A stretch of 64,000 nucleotides of DNA, taken from an uncultured Actinomycetota bacterium (lineage in GTDB: Bacteria; Actinomycetota; Actinomycetes; Actinomycetales; Dermatophilaceae). The notes beneath the pieces were generated by a model. That model was not told the origin of the DNA. It did no database searches and saw only the letters and a list, made by a program, of their open reading frames with translations. Positions 1 through 10,105 of the stretch are shown here, in pieces; the first letter of the stretch is position 1; every line of letters starts with the position of its first letter. A program made the translations under genes and the position numbers. Location of the stretch: assembly GCA_963757405.1 (NCBI GenBank), contig CAVWRI010000020.1, positions 7,379-71,378 of the forward strand, given 5' to 3'.

Positions 1-456
1 GTCGCGTGGTACCTCGGCCACCAGCAGTTCGCCTCGATCGGCCCGGACAAGGTCAACCAGCTGCGGCACGTGCAGCTCTTCGGCACCCCCGACGGTGTGC
101 GCGAGCACATGCGGCGGCACCGTGCCATCCTCGCGCCGAAGTTCGCGGCGGTCGACGCGGCCCTGACCTCCGAGCTGGAGGGCCTCGGGGTCGCGGAGTG
201 GACCAAGCCGGCCGGCGGGTACTTCGTGAGCCTCGACGTGCTGGACGGCTGCGCGTCGCGCGTCGTCGCGCTCGCGAAGGAGGCCGGCATCGCGCTCACC
301 CCGGCCGGGGCGTCCTTCCCGCACGGCACGGACCCGCGCGATCGCAACATCCGCCTCGCCCCCTCGTTCCCCGAGCTCGGCGAGGTCGAGACCGCGATGG
401 CGGGGGTCGCGACGTGCGTCGCGCTGGCGGCCGCCGAGCGCCTGACCGGGACGTAG
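1..456 (+). CDS. PLP-dependent aminotransferase (Rv3722c/AspT-like), 5' truncated by window edge
   Basis: Frame +1 open from base 1: ...SIGPDKVNQLRH...WTKPAGGYFVSLD...TPAGASFP...NIRLAPSFP. Confidence 0.85.
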   Translation, partial: VAWYLGHQQFASIGPDKVNQLRHVQLFGTPDGVREHMRRHRAILAPKFAAVDAALTSELEGLGVAEWTKPAGGYFVSLDVLDGCASRVVALAKEAGIALTPAGASFPHGTDPRDRNIRLAPSFPELGEVETAMAGVATCVALAAAERLTGT

Positions 457-466
457 GGTGAGTGAC

Positions 467-1012
467 ATGTCCGAGCAGCAGGAGAACACGGCCGACGATC
501 TGGGCGACTACAGCCTCGACGACGAGGACCAGCTGCAGCCCGAGGACACCCTCGTGGACGACGACGTCGACGACGTCCTCGACCGTGGCTACTCCCCCGC
601 CGAGCGGCTCCAGGGCTCCCTCGCGCACGGCGTGACCGCCGAGGAGCAGCACCGCGACGAGACGATCGAGGAGCGCATCCACCAGGAGGTGCCCGACCCG
701 GCCTCGGCCTACGGCGCCCCGGACAACGAGAGCGGCCTCGACGACGAGGACGAGCGCGTCGGCGGCGATGACCCGGACAGCATCGCGGCCGAGGACGACT
801 GGCTCGGCGACGGCGAGGTCGGCGACGAGCGCGCCGGTCGGCTCGTGGCCCCCGACGAGGGGCTCGGCTCGCACGACGAGAAGGACCTCGTCGGCGAGGA
901 CGTCGGCGTCGACGGCGCCGCGGCCTCGGCCGAGGAGGCGGCGGTGCACGTGATCGAGCAGCCCGGCGGCGAATCGGACGACGAGGACGACGAGGACGTC
1001 GACGCCTGGTGA
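467..1012 (+). CDS. Acidic DUF5709-like protein
   Basis: D/E-rich; LQPEDTL..DDVLDRGYSP, RAGRLVAPDEG, GAAASAEEAAVH motifs. Confidence 0.75.
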   Translation: MSEQQENTADDLGDYSLDDEDQLQPEDTLVDDDVDDVLDRGYSPAERLQGSLAHGVTAEEQHRDETIEERIHQEVPDPASAYGAPDNESGLDDEDERVGGDDPDSIAAEDDWLGDGEVGDERAGRLVAPDEGLGSHDEKDLVGEDVGVDGAAASAEEAAVHVIEQPGGESDDEDDEDVDAW

Positions 1013-2073
1013 CCGACGCGGCCGCTGCGCCCCAGCGGTCCGTCACGGACCTGCCCAAGGCCCACCTCCACCTCCACTTCACCGGCTCCATGCGGGTCGG
1101 CACCGTGCGCGACCTGGCGACCCAGCACGACCTCCGGCTGCCGTCCTCCCTGACGACGGACTGGCCGCCACGCTTCGACACCGCTGACGCGCGGGGCTGG
1201 TTCCGGTTCCAGCGGCTCTACGACGCGGCGCGCGCGTGCGTGCGCGGCGAGGCCGACATGCGCCGGATCGTGCGCGAGGCCGCCCTCGACGACGGGGCCG
1301 AGGGGTCCCGCTGGCTGGAGATCCAGGTCGACCCGACGTCCTACGCACCCTTCGTCGGCGGGATCACGCCGGCGCTGGAGATCGTCCTCGACGAGGCGCG
1401 GGCCGTGTCGGCCGTGCCAGGCGCGGCGCGGGTGGGGGTGATCGTCGCGGCGAGCCGGATGCGGCATCCGCTCGAGGCGCGCACGCTCGCCCGGCTCGCG
1501 GCGCGGTATGCCGGAGACGGACCGGGCGCGGTCGTCGGCTTCGGGTTGTCGAACGACGAGCGGCGCGGGGACACGGCGGAGTTCGGCGCCGCCTTCGCGA
1601 TCGCGCGGCGGGCCGGGCTGCTGCTGGTGCCGCACGCCGGCGAGCTGCTCGGCGCGGAGGCGGTGGCGCAGACGCTCGACGCGATCGAGCCCGAGCGGCT
1701 CGGCCACGGGGTGCGGTCGGTGGAGGACCCGGCGGTGCTCGACCGCGTCGTCGCGCAGGGGGTGGCCCTGGAGGTGTGCCCGCTCTCGAACGTCTCGCTG
1801 GGGGTGTACGACCGCCCGGACGAGGTGCCGCTGCGCGCCCTCGTGGATGCCGGTGCGCGGGTGGCGCTCGGCGCCGACGACCCGCTGATCTTCGGCTCGC
1901 GCCTGGCCGACCAGTACGCCACGGCCCGGATGTCGCACGGCTTCTCCGACCGTGAGCTGGCCGACCTGGCGCGTGGGTCGCTGGCGGCCTCCCGGGCTCC
2001 CTCCGACGTACGGACGGCGGCCGAGCGCGACATCGAGGCGTGGCTGGGGGGCGACGGGCAGCCTGCGGGCTGA
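1009..2073 (+). CDS. add: Adenosine deaminase
   Basis: LPKAHLHLHFTGS, PHAGE, RLGHG, EVCPLSN, GADDP; overlaps upstream stop (GTGA). Confidence 0.93.
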   Translation: MTDAAAAPQRSVTDLPKAHLHLHFTGSMRVGTVRDLATQHDLRLPSSLTTDWPPRFDTADARGWFRFQRLYDAARACVRGEADMRRIVREAALDDGAEGSRWLEIQVDPTSYAPFVGGITPALEIVLDEARAVSAVPGAARVGVIVAASRMRHPLEARTLARLAARYAGDGPGAVVGFGLSNDERRGDTAEFGAAFAIARRAGLLLVPHAGELLGAEAVAQTLDAIEPERLGHGVRSVEDPAVLDRVVAQGVALEVCPLSNVSLGVYDRPDEVPLRALVDAGARVALGADDPLIFGSRLADQYATARMSHGFSDRELADLARGSLAASRAPSDVRTAAERDIEAWLGGDGQPAG

Positions 2074-2152
2074 CGGCGGTGTCGGCGGCGGGCGGCTGGG
2101 GCGGCCGTCGGCCGCCCTTGCCCCAACAGACGGTGGTGTCGCGAAAAGAGGT

Positions 2153-2179
2153 CCGGATGCTTCACGTGGTGATCCACCC
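2153..2179 (+). repeat. Left arm of 27-bp inverted repeat flanking HTH gene
   Basis: ccggatgcttcacgtggtgatccaccc; 25/27 match to reverse complement of 3050-3076. Confidence 0.8.
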
Positions 2180-2301
2180 GGGTGGTGCGCCGGACCCCGG
2201 CACCCGACCGCAGCGGTCCACAGGGCACGGGACGACCGCCGTCCGTCCACAGGGAGCCGACGTGCGTGGAGTCGTCGGGCGGGCCGGGCGACGCTGAGTG
2301 C

Positions 2302-2897
2302 ATGGATGACGCACCGGGCCTGCCCAAGGAGTGGTTGCCGCAGCTGCGGCGGGCCCGGGCTGCCCTCACGGTCTCCGACGAGATCGGGCTGGCGCTGCGG
2401 GACCACCGCCGCCGGCTGGGGATGAGCCAGCGGACCTACGCGACCACGCGCGGGCTCAGCCGCGCGATGCTGGCCCGGCTCGAGGCCGGCGCCGGCCGGA
2501 TGAGCCTGGACACCGTGGTGAAGGCCCTCGACGGCACCGGCTTCGTGCTCCAGGTCGGCTTCTCGCCCGACCACCCGAGCCCGCCGCCGGCCGACGACGC
2601 CGGGGCGCTGGCCGCGCCCGACGCCGAGTCAGCGGTCCCGCTCCCGGGCCCGAGCGGCGTGCCTCCCGAGACCTGGGCTCCGACCGACCTCGTCGCCCGC
2701 GTGCGAGGGAGACACCCGACGCTTTCCGGCGCACCGCGAGGTCGGGGCGGTCGACCAACCCGCCGCTGTGGTGGTGGATGCACGAGTTCTTCCGCGGGCC
2801 GTCCGAGGAACCCAAGTGGTACGCCCCGGTCTGCCACCTGGACCTCGCCGGCCGACTGCTGAGGGACGACGACGAGGACACCACCGGGGCTGCCTGA
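2302..2897 (+). CDS. XRE-family HTH protein with Trp-rich C-terminal segment (frameshifts near 2710-2750)
   Basis: LRDHRRRLGMSQRTYATTRGLSRAMLARLEAG HTH; continues by frame switches to RRFPAH...NPPLWWWMHEFF..PKWYAP. Confidence 0.7.
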
Positions 2898-2935
2898 GCT
2901 GCTGCCCACGCCGAACACGGCCTGACCGACAGCAG

Positions 2936-3023
2936 CGCCCCTGGCTCACCCCGCGATCCAACCCCCTACGTGGTGCCGGACCGCCCTTGGCCCACCTCGC
3001 GATCCAACCCCCTATGTGGTGCC
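2936..3023 (+). repeat. Two-copy 42-bp direct repeat, period 46
   Basis: cgcccctggctcaccccgcgatccaaccccctacgtggtgcc (2936-2977) vs cgcccttggcccacctcgcgatccaaccccctatgtggtgcc (2982-3023), 38/42. Confidence 0.85.
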
Positions 3024-3049
3024 AGTCCGGTCCAGGAGGACGGGCTGGG

Positions 3050-3076
3050 GGGTGGCTCACCGCGTGAAGCATCCGG
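3050..3076 (-). repeat. Right arm of 27-bp inverted repeat
   Basis: gggtggctcaccgcgtgaagcatccgg; reverse complement matches 2153-2179. Confidence 0.8.
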
Positions 3077-3233
3077 AGGTCCTCGCAGCACCATCTGGTC
3101 CGCGGCTCCAGCCCCGGGTGCGTTTCCGCCGCGCCTCCGGCGGCGCCCCTGCCTCCGAGGTTGCGGCTCCCCCGGCGCCCCGCTCCTGCTCCGCCGCCCC
3201 GCCGTGTCGCTCCCCCTCGCTGCGGGCCTCGGG

Positions 3234-4308
3234 TCAGAGGGTGTCGCCGACCAGGACCGGCTCGTTGACGAGGGTCACTCCGAAGGCGTCGCGGACCCCG
3301 TCGCGGACCTCGCGGGCCAGGGCGACCACCTCGGTCGCCGTCGCCGAGCCGCGGTTGGTCAGGGCGAGCGTGTGCTTGGTCGACAGGGCGGCCGGGCCCG
3401 GCATCCCGAAGCCCTTGCCGAACCCCGCCCGCTCGATGAGCCAGGCGGCGCTCGTCTTGACGTTGCCGTCGGTGTCGGCGAACCGGGGCGGGACCGGGGC
3501 GTCCGCGCCGAGCCGGTCGGCGACCCGGCGCTCGAGGGCGGCGAAGTCCTCGACCGACAGGATCGGGTTCGTGAAGAACGACCCGCAGCTCCACGTGTCG
3601 TGGTCCTCGGCGTCGAGCACCATCCCGCGACGGCGGCGCTGGGCGAGCACCGCCTCCCGCGCCTCCGCCAGCGGCACCCGCTCCCCCACCGACACGCCGA
3701 GCTGGGTGGCGAGGTCGGCGTAGCGCACCGGCTGGGACAGCGACTGCAGGACCAGCTGGAACATCACGTCGAGGACGACGTAGCGCGACGTCTCCTTGAA
3801 CAGCGAGTGCCGGTACGTGAAGTGGCAGTCCAACGGCGTCATCGTGCGCACCTGCTGGTCGGTGCGGTCCCACACCCGCACGCGCGCGATCGTCTGGGCG
3901 ACCTCCTGGCCGTAGGCACCGACGTTCTGCACCGGCGTCGCGCCGGTCGAGCCGGGGATGCCGGAGAGCGCCTCGATCCCGGACCACCCCTCCTCGACCG
4001 CGCGGGCGACGACCCCGTCCCAGTCCTCGCCCGCGGCGATGGTCACGTTGGCGCCACCGCACATGTCCTCGGAGTCGACGTGCACCCCGCTCGTGGCGAC
4101 CTTGACGACGGTGCCCTCGAAGCCGGCATCCGCGACGACGAGGTTGGACCCACCGCCGACGACGAGCAGCGGCTCGTCGGCGTCGTCGACCTCGCGCACC
4201 GCGTCGACCAGCTCGTCGGCGGTCTCCGACGACGACGAGCCGCGCGGCAGGCCCGCCGACCCGCATCGTCGTGTGCGGTGCGATCGGCTCGGCGAAGCGT
4301 TCCTGCAT
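3234..4308 (-). CDS. murB: UDP-N-acetylmuramate dehydrogenase (apparent frameshift near 4230)
   Basis: HTTMRVGGPA, GGGSN, GIPGSTGATPVQNVGAYG, YRHS, SCGSFFTNP, KHTLALTN, LVNEP. Confidence 0.95.
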
Positions 4309-4733
4309 CAGTCGAGCCGCACGACGGCGACGCAGCGGCCGAGGACCTTCTCTCCGCCGCACGTCGTCGTGAGGTCCACCGTGACGCGTCCCGTCTCGGC
4401 GTCGACGGCCTTGACGACGCCCTCGACGACGATCTCGTTGCCGGTGACCGGGCACGACGACCGGCTTGGTGAACCGGGTGCCGAACTCCACGACCCGGCC
4501 GGCGTCACCCGCCCAGTCGGCGACGACGGTGCCGGAGGCGCCCGAGCGTCCACATGCCGTGGGCGATGACGTCGGGCAGCCCGACTGACCGGGCGAAGGA
4601 CTCGTCCTGGTGGATGGGGTTCTGGTCGAGCGAGGCGTTGGCGTAGCCGACGAGCGTCTCGCGCGAGACGGGCATGGTGACCGGGTCCGACGACGTCGCC
4701 GACCGAGACCTCCGAGAGCGGGCGGGCAGCCAT
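4308..4733 (-). CDS. MaoC/HadB-like dehydratase (frameshifted)
   Basis: LVGYANASLDQNPIHQDESFARSVGLPDVIAHGMWT...FTKPVVVP...KVLGRCVAVVRL pieced from frames; conserved synteny after rpmG. Confidence 0.85.
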   Translation of the reverse strand: MAARPLSEVSVGDVVGPGHHARLARDARRLRQRLARPEPHPPGRVLRPVSRAARRHRPRHVDARAPPAPSSPTGRVTPAGSWSSAPGSPSRSSCPVTGNEIVVEGVVKAVDAETGRVTVDLTTTCGGEKVLGRCVAVVRLD

Positions 4734-4735
4734 GC

Positions 4736-5185
4736 TCACTCCTCCCCGCCGCGGACGACGATCGTCGAGGTCGACGTCGCGAGCGCGTCGCCGGCCGTCG
4801 TGGTCAGCTCGGTGCGGGTCGTCACCATCGCGTGGCCGCCGGCGGAGCGGACCGCGTCGACGGTCGTCGCGCCCAGGACCTCGTCACCGGCCGTGATCGG
4901 CCGGTGGTGGACGAACCGCTGCTCGCCGTGGACGACCCGGCTGAAGTCGATGCCGGCCTCGGGGTCGGTGATGTAGGCCCGCTCCGACTGCTGCGAGAAG
5001 CGCACGGCCATCGTCGGTGGTGCGACGACGTCGCCGTAGCCGGCCGCGCGTGCGGCCTCGGGGTCGGTGTGCACCGGGTCGGTGGCACCCACGGCCGCCG
5101 CGAAGGCGGCGATGAGGGCGGCATCCACGGCATACGGTCCACTCGGCGGGTAGGTCCGCCCGACGAACTCTGGGTTCACGGCCAT
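4736..5185 (-). CDS. MaoC N-terminal/HadA-like dehydratase subunit
   Basis: MAVNPEFVGRTYPP..FAAAVGA..VVAPPT..VVHGEQRF..RPI. Confidence 0.88.
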   Translation of the reverse strand: MAVNPEFVGRTYPPSGPYAVDAALIAAFAAAVGATDPVHTDPEAARAAGYGDVVAPPTMAVRFSQQSERAYITDPEAGIDFSRVVHGEQRFVHHRPITAGDEVLGATTVDAVRSAGGHAMVTTRTELTTTAGDALATSTSTIVVRGGEE

Positions 5186-5257
5186 GGCGCCCACTCTAGG
5201 AGACCGGCCCCAACCCCGTGACGCCGCGTTCCACGCGCGGCAGCGGGCAGGGCCGGG

Positions 5258-5304
5258 AACGCGAGAGGCCGCCGGCACCAGACGGTGCGGCGGCCTCTCG
5301 CGTT
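5258..5304 (-). terminator. Hairpin downstream of rpmG
   Basis: aacgcgagaggccgcc...ggcggcctctcgcgtt 16-bp stem. Confidence 0.7.
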
Positions 5305-5317
5305 GCTGACGGGAGGG

Positions 5318-5485
5318 TCAGCGGGTCTCGCGGTGCGTCGTGTGCTTCTTGCAGCGCGGGCAGAACTTGGCCAGGTCGAGACGGTCGGGGTCGTTCCGAC
5401 GGTTCTTCTTGGTGATGTAGTTGCGCTCCTTGCACTCCGTGCACGCCAGGGTGATCTTGGGGCGGACGTCGGTGGCCTTGGCCAT
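5318..5485 (-). CDS. rpmG: 50S ribosomal protein L33 (Zn-binding C+ form)
   Basis: [55 protein letters not shown]. Confidence 0.98.
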   Translation of the reverse strand: MAKATDVRPKITLACTECKERNYITKKNRRNDPDRLDLAKFCPRCKKHTTHRETR

Positions 5486-5605
5486 GGGGGCAACCTGCTC
5501 TCGGGAAGTGAATCGATCGTCGGGCGTCACGCCGGGGCACGAGGGCTCGCGCGACACCAGCACAACAGGATACGCGGCCCCGGGCATTCCCCGAAATCGC
5601 GGCCT

Positions 5606-5682
5606 TGGTAGCGGGAGCGGGGCTCGATCCCGCGACCTCACGATTATGAGTCGTGCGCTCTAACCAGCTGAGCTACCCCGCC
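5606..5682 (-). tRNA. tRNA-Met(CAT), elongator type, CCA encoded
   Basis: GGCGGGGTAGCTCAGCTGGTTAGAGCGCACGACTCATAATCGTGAGGTCGCGGGATCGAGCCCCGCTCCCGCTACCA; lacks initiator hallmarks. Confidence 0.93.
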
Positions 5683-5729
5683 AGGGGTTCGATCCGGACC
5701 AGCCTCTCGACGGGCCCCGGTCGGACCAG

Positions 5730-5802
5730 AGCCCCCTGTCGGAATCGAACCGACGACCTTTTCCTTACCATGGAAACGCTCTGCCGACTGAGCTAAGGGG
5801 GC
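5730..5802 (-). tRNA. tRNA-Thr(GGT), no encoded CCA
   Basis: GCCCCCTTAGCTCAGTCGGCAGAGCGTTTCCATGGTAAGGAAAAGGTCGTCGGTTCGATTCCGACAGGGGGCT. Confidence 0.96.
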
Positions 5803-5850
5803 GTGCACCGGTCGCGGACTCCGCTCGGGCGCGACGGAGACATTACACGC

Positions 5851-6621
5851 TCACGATCGGTCCAGCGAAATCCGCGAATCGACGAGCGCGGGCCCGTACC
5901 AGGTGAGCAGACGACCCGACACCAGACGGGTCGGCAACCGCCGGAAGGCCTCCGGTCCGTCGTGCTCGGTGAAGACGTAGGGCTCGTCCGGCAGGAGCGC
6001 GAGGTCGGCTGCTGCGGGGTCGTCGAGGGCCTCCACGTCGACCGCCGGGTACCTCCCCGGGACCCCCGCCGTCACCACCTCGAGCCCCGCGCGGGCGAGC
6101 AGGTCGGCGGTGAACGTCGGTCGCCCGACCACCATCCACGGGTCCCGCCAGATCGGCACGACGACGCGCGCCCGGGGCGCCGGGACCGGACCCGACCACG
6201 CGGCATCCGCCTCGACGAGCCAGCCCGGGTCCTCCCCCAGCCCGAGCACCTCGCGGAACAGCCGGCGCATCGACGCGACCGCCTGCGGCACGGTCTCGAT
6301 GTCCGTGACCCACACGGGGATGCCGCGCTCGCGCAGCCGCCGGACGTCGAGCTCGCGGTTCTCCTCCTTGTTGGCCACGACGAGGTCGGGACGCAGGGCC
6401 GCGACGGCGGCCAGGTCGGGGTTCTTCGTTCCCCGCACGCGACCCACCCCACGGGCCTCGAGGTCGGCCGGGTGGGTGCACCAGTCGGTCGCCCCGACCA
6501 GCCGCTCGATGCAGGTGGCCGCGAGCGCCTCGGTGAGCGAGGGCACGAGGGACACCACGCGCGCGACGACCTCGGGCAGCGCGACGGCGTGCCCGAGGTC
6601 GTCGGTGAGCGTGCGCGGCAT
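5851..6621 (-). CDS. Helical-backbone metal/cobalamin-binding protein (BtuF-like), no signal peptide
   Basis: RVVSLVPSLTE, GATDWC, GTKNPD, PDLVVANKEEN, LPDEPY. Confidence 0.8.
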   Translation of the reverse strand: MPRTLTDDLGHAVALPEVVARVVSLVPSLTEALAATCIERLVGATDWCTHPADLEARGVGRVRGTKNPDLAAVAALRPDLVVANKEENRELDVRRLRERGIPVWVTDIETVPQAVASMRRLFREVLGLGEDPGWLVEADAAWSGPVPAPRARVVVPIWRDPWMVVGRPTFTADLLARAGLEVVTAGVPGRYPAVDVEALDDPAAADLALLPDEPYVFTEHDGPEAFRRLPTRLVSGRLLTWYGPALVDSRISLDRS

Positions 6622-6635
6622 CCGGTCGGGCTCCG

Positions 6636-7397
6636 TCAGCGGGGTGCCATCCGCAGGGCGCCGTCCATGCGGATCGTCTCGCCGTTGAGGTAGTCGTGGT
6701 CGACGACCGCGAGCGCGAGCTTGGCGTACTCATCGGGGCGCGCGAGGCGCTGCGGGAACGGCACGCCGGCGGCGAGACCGGCCCGGAACTCGTCGGAGAC
6801 GGTGGCGAGCATCGGCGTCTCGACGATGCCGGGGGCGATCGTCACGACGCGGATGCCGTGCTGCGCGAGGTCGCGCGCGGCCGGCAGCGTGAGCCCGACG
6901 ATGCCGCCCTTCGACGAGCCGTAGGCGGCCTGGCCGACCTGGCCGTCGAACGCCGCGATGCTCGCGGTGTTGATGACGACGCCGCGCTGGCCGTCGACGC
7001 CCGGCTCGGTCGCGGCGATGGCCTCGGCCGCGATCGCCATGACCGTGAAGGAGCCGACGAGGTTGATCTCGACGACCTTGCGGAACAGGGCGAGGTCGTG
7101 GACGCCCTTGCGGCCGAGCACGCGGGCCGACGGGCCGATGCCGGCGCAGTTGACGACGATCCGCAGCGGGCGCGACGAATCGGCGGACGCCACCGCGACG
7201 GCCGCACGCACGTCGTCCTCGGAGGTGACGTCGGTCGGGACGTACTCGACCCCCTCGACGGCCGGGGCAACCTCGCAGGCAGCGGCGAGGTCGAGGGCGA
7301 CGACGTGGGACCCGACGGCGGCGAGGGCGGCCGCGGTGGCGGCGCCGAGCCCGGAGGCCCCGCCGGTGACGATGGCGGTGGTGTTCGCGGTCTGCAT
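6636..7397 (-). CDS. SDR oxidoreductase, 3-hydroxyacyl-CoA dehydrogenase type II-like
   Basis: TGGASGLG, VNCAGIG, NTASIAAFDGQVGQAAYGSSKGG, YLNGETIRMDGALRM. Confidence 0.92.
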   Translation of the reverse strand: MQTANTTAIVTGGASGLGAATAAALAAVGSHVVALDLAAACEVAPAVEGVEYVPTDVTSEDDVRAAVAVASADSSRPLRIVVNCAGIGPSARVLGRKGVHDLALFRKVVEINLVGSFTVMAIAAEAIAATEPGVDGQRGVVINTASIAAFDGQVGQAAYGSSKGGIVGLTLPAARDLAQHGIRVVTIAPGIVETPMLATVSDEFRAGLAAGVPFPQRLARPDEYAKLALAVVDHDYLNGETIRMDGALRMAPR

Positions 7398-7496
7398 GGC
7401 CGCCATCCTGCCACCGGTCCCGGAGCCCTCCCGGCCGGCGGTGTGCGGCCACCGACGGTCTCCCCGACGTCGGTCGGCGCGCCGTACGGTGGACCC

Positions 7497-8297
7497 ATGG
7501 CACTGCGCATCGGTGGACACGTCGACCAGAGCGATCCCGTGGCGGAGGCCGTCGCCCGCGGCGCGACGCTCAGCCAGTTCTTCCTCGGCGACCCGCAGAG
7601 CTACAAGGGTCCCGTCGTGGAGTACGCCGCGGGTGCAGCGGCGCTCAAGGAGGCCGCGGAGGCCGCGGGCGTCGACCTGTACGTCCACTCCCCGTACCCG
7701 ATCAACGTCGCCTCGACGAACAACCGCATCCGGATCCCGGGGCGCAAGCTGCTCCAGCAGCACCTCAAGGCCGCTGCCGAGATCGGGGCGAAGGGCGTCG
7801 TCGTCCACGGCGGGCACCTCGGCAAGGACGAGGACGCCACGGTCGGGTTCGACAACTGGCGCAAGTGCATCGACGGCCTCGAGATGCCCGTGCCGCTGCT
7901 GATCGAGAACACCGCCGGCGGCGACAACGCCATGGCGCGGCGGCTCGAGGCGATCGAGCGGCTGTGGGAGGCGATCGGCCGGGCCGAGGGCGGCGACACC
8001 GTCGGCTTCTGTCTCGACACCTGCCACGCCCACGCCGGCGGGAACGACCTCGGCAGCGTCGTCGAGAAGGTCCGGGCGGTCACCGGTCGCATCGACCTCG
8101 TCCACTGCAACGACAGCCGCGACGAGTTCGACTCCGGCGCCGACCGGCACACCAACCTCGGCTCCGGCCACATCGACGGCGCCGACCTCTCCGACGTCGT
8201 CCGAGCCGCGGGCGCGCCCGTCGTCGTGGAGACGCCGGGCGGCGTCGAGGGCCAGTCTGCCGACATCGCCTGGCTGCGAGACCGTCTGGGCGAGTAG
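7497..8297 (+). CDS. nfo: Endonuclease IV (AP endonuclease 2)
   Basis: VHSPYPIN, VHGG, IENTAG, CLDTCH, VHCNDS, DRH, VET zinc ligands. Confidence 0.92.
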   Translation: MALRIGGHVDQSDPVAEAVARGATLSQFFLGDPQSYKGPVVEYAAGAAALKEAAEAAGVDLYVHSPYPINVASTNNRIRIPGRKLLQQHLKAAAEIGAKGVVVHGGHLGKDEDATVGFDNWRKCIDGLEMPVPLLIENTAGGDNAMARRLEAIERLWEAIGRAEGGDTVGFCLDTCHAHAGGNDLGSVVEKVRAVTGRIDLVHCNDSRDEFDSGADRHTNLGSGHIDGADLSDVVRAAGAPVVVETPGGVEGQSADIAWLRDRLGE

Positions 8298-8307
8298 GTG
8301 ATCCGTC

Positions 8308-9574
8308 TCAAGGCGCAGGCAAGAGCGGCTGCCCGACGACGTACCACGGCTGAGTGATGTCTCCGCCCTCGAGACGCACCGGGTCCGCTACACGTGTGCA
8401 CTGGAGTTCGAGGGTGCAACGCGCGAGGTCGTTCCGGTCGGCCGGGTGCCGCGGCTCGCTGACGTTGCGTGAGAACAGGATCGTGTTCCCATCGGCCGCG
8501 AGCGCCCAGGTCCACCCGTCGGCCTCTTCCCCGTGTGTCGAGCGACCGATGACCACCTGGCCGTCGGAGACCCGGGCCACGACGAGCCGGGAGTAGAACC
8601 CGCCGTCGGCGTCGTCGTGGCCCAGCAGCAACCGCCCGTCGTCACTGAACTGGCGTGGGCGAGAACCCTTCTGGGTTGTGGTCGAGCCCACATCGCTCCA
8701 GGAGCGCCGGCGTGGATCGTTTCGTGAGGTCGACCACCTGCCAGCACCCCATGTCCCCGCCATCCGGCGGCGGTGGTCGCACAGCACCGCGTCGCCCGTC
8801 GGCCGACACCGCGCTGAGTGGCGCGCCGACGGTGCGCATCTCCCCGGTGGCGACCTCCCAGCCCGTCGAATCGCCCTGGAACAGCGTGGCCCACACCCAA
8901 CCGTCGGCCACTGCGATGACCCGTCCCGGCAGGGTCTTCGACCCGAGGACGCGGCCGCGCTCGTCGCGCACCGTCACGGGGCCGTCCTCGGCCTTGGCCG
9001 CCACCAGTCGGCCGTCCCGGCTGGTGACGACCGTGCCACCGCTTCCCAGGTCGGCCAGGACGTCGCCGTCGCTGTCATGGATGCGCCACCGGTTGTCGCC
9101 CCACAAGCCGGGGCGGGTGGCGACGACCACGCCGCCCGCCGCGAGCGGGGCGAAGGAGCGGATGGTCTCACCCGCACCGACATCGACCGTCGACGACCCC
9201 AGGTGGACGGTGCTGCCCGCCGCCCAGGGAACCTCGTCGGAAGGCGACGCGTCCGCTGTCGCGGAGGGCGACGGCGTCGGTGTGGGTGTCGCCCTCGGCG
9301 AGGGGACGGCCGTCGGGGTCGAGGTCGGCTCGGGCGGGGTGCTCGTCGCGGTCGCCGGGATCGGCTGGGGCGTGGGCGGAGCCGTGGTCGCGGCCCAGGT
9401 CGCGACGGACACGCCACCGACGACGAGGGCGGCGGCCGTCACCCCGGCGGCGAGTGCCCGACGGGCGCGTCGGCGCGCCAGCCCCACCGAGGGCAGGATG
9501 AAGTCGTCCACGGTGTCCACCTGCTCGGCCCGCGCCCGCAGCGCCTCCCGCAGCACCTGCTCGTCGGCGCTCAT
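8308..9574 (-). CDS. Membrane-anchored putative anti-sigma factor with extracellular beta-rich domain (frameshift near 8650)
   Basis: Short N-terminal domain, RRRARRA + TM helix, P/T-rich linker; coupled to sigma gene (ATGA overlap). Confidence 0.65.
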
Positions 9575-10071
9575 CGCTCCACCTCCTGCAGCGTCACGCG
9601 GAGCGCACCCAGCGCCCGCGAGGCGTGGCTCTTGACCGTCCCCACCGTGCAGCCCAGCACCTCGGCCGTCTGGGCCTCGGTGAGGTCCTCGTAGTACCGC
9701 AGCACGACGACGGCCCGCTGCTGCCGCGGGAGCCCGACCACCCGCGCCCACAGCTCCGCGTCGCGGCCGGAGACCTCGCCGGCCGCCGGGTCGAGCACCT
9801 CCACCAGCCGGCTGTCGACGACCTCGCGGTGCCGCCAGGTCCGCCGCCACCAGCTCGCGTGCTCGTTGACGATGGTGCGACGCACGTAGGCGTCCGGGAA
9901 CCCGTGGATGGAGTCCCACCGCCGGTAGACCTTGGCGAACGCGCTCTGCACGAGGTCCTCCGCCTCGTGCGCGTCGCCGGTGAGCAGGTAGGCGAACCGG
10001 ACGAAGGCCCGCTGCCGCGCGTGCACGTAGTCGGCGAAGTCGCTGCGGACCGCCTCGTCCCCCACCGCCAT
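9571..10071 (-). CDS. ECF sigma factor, SigE family
   Basis: FAYLLTGDAHEAEDLVQ, PDAYVRR, LPRQQRAVVVLRYYEDLTEAQTAEVLGCTVGTVKS. Confidence 0.93.
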   Translation of the reverse strand: MAVGDEAVRSDFADYVHARQRAFVRFAYLLTGDAHEAEDLVQSAFAKVYRRWDSIHGFPDAYVRRTIVNEHASWWRRTWRHREVVDSRLVEVLDPAAGEVSGRDAELWARVVGLPRQQRAVVVLRYYEDLTEAQTAEVLGCTVGTVKSHASRALGALRVTLQEVER

Positions 10072-10105
10072 CCCCTCTCGCTCCCGATGTCGCCGTCACC
10101 CTCCC

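Noticed and set aside
2936-3023. Possible mini-CRISPR array
   Set aside because: Only two copies separated by 4 bp, no spacers and no cas genes in the window.
5606-5682. Initiator tRNA-fMet or tRNA-Ile2
   Set aside because: No C1:A72 mismatch and no three G-C pairs in the anticodon stem; C3-G70, A73 and the Thr-Met-rpmG context fit elongator Met.
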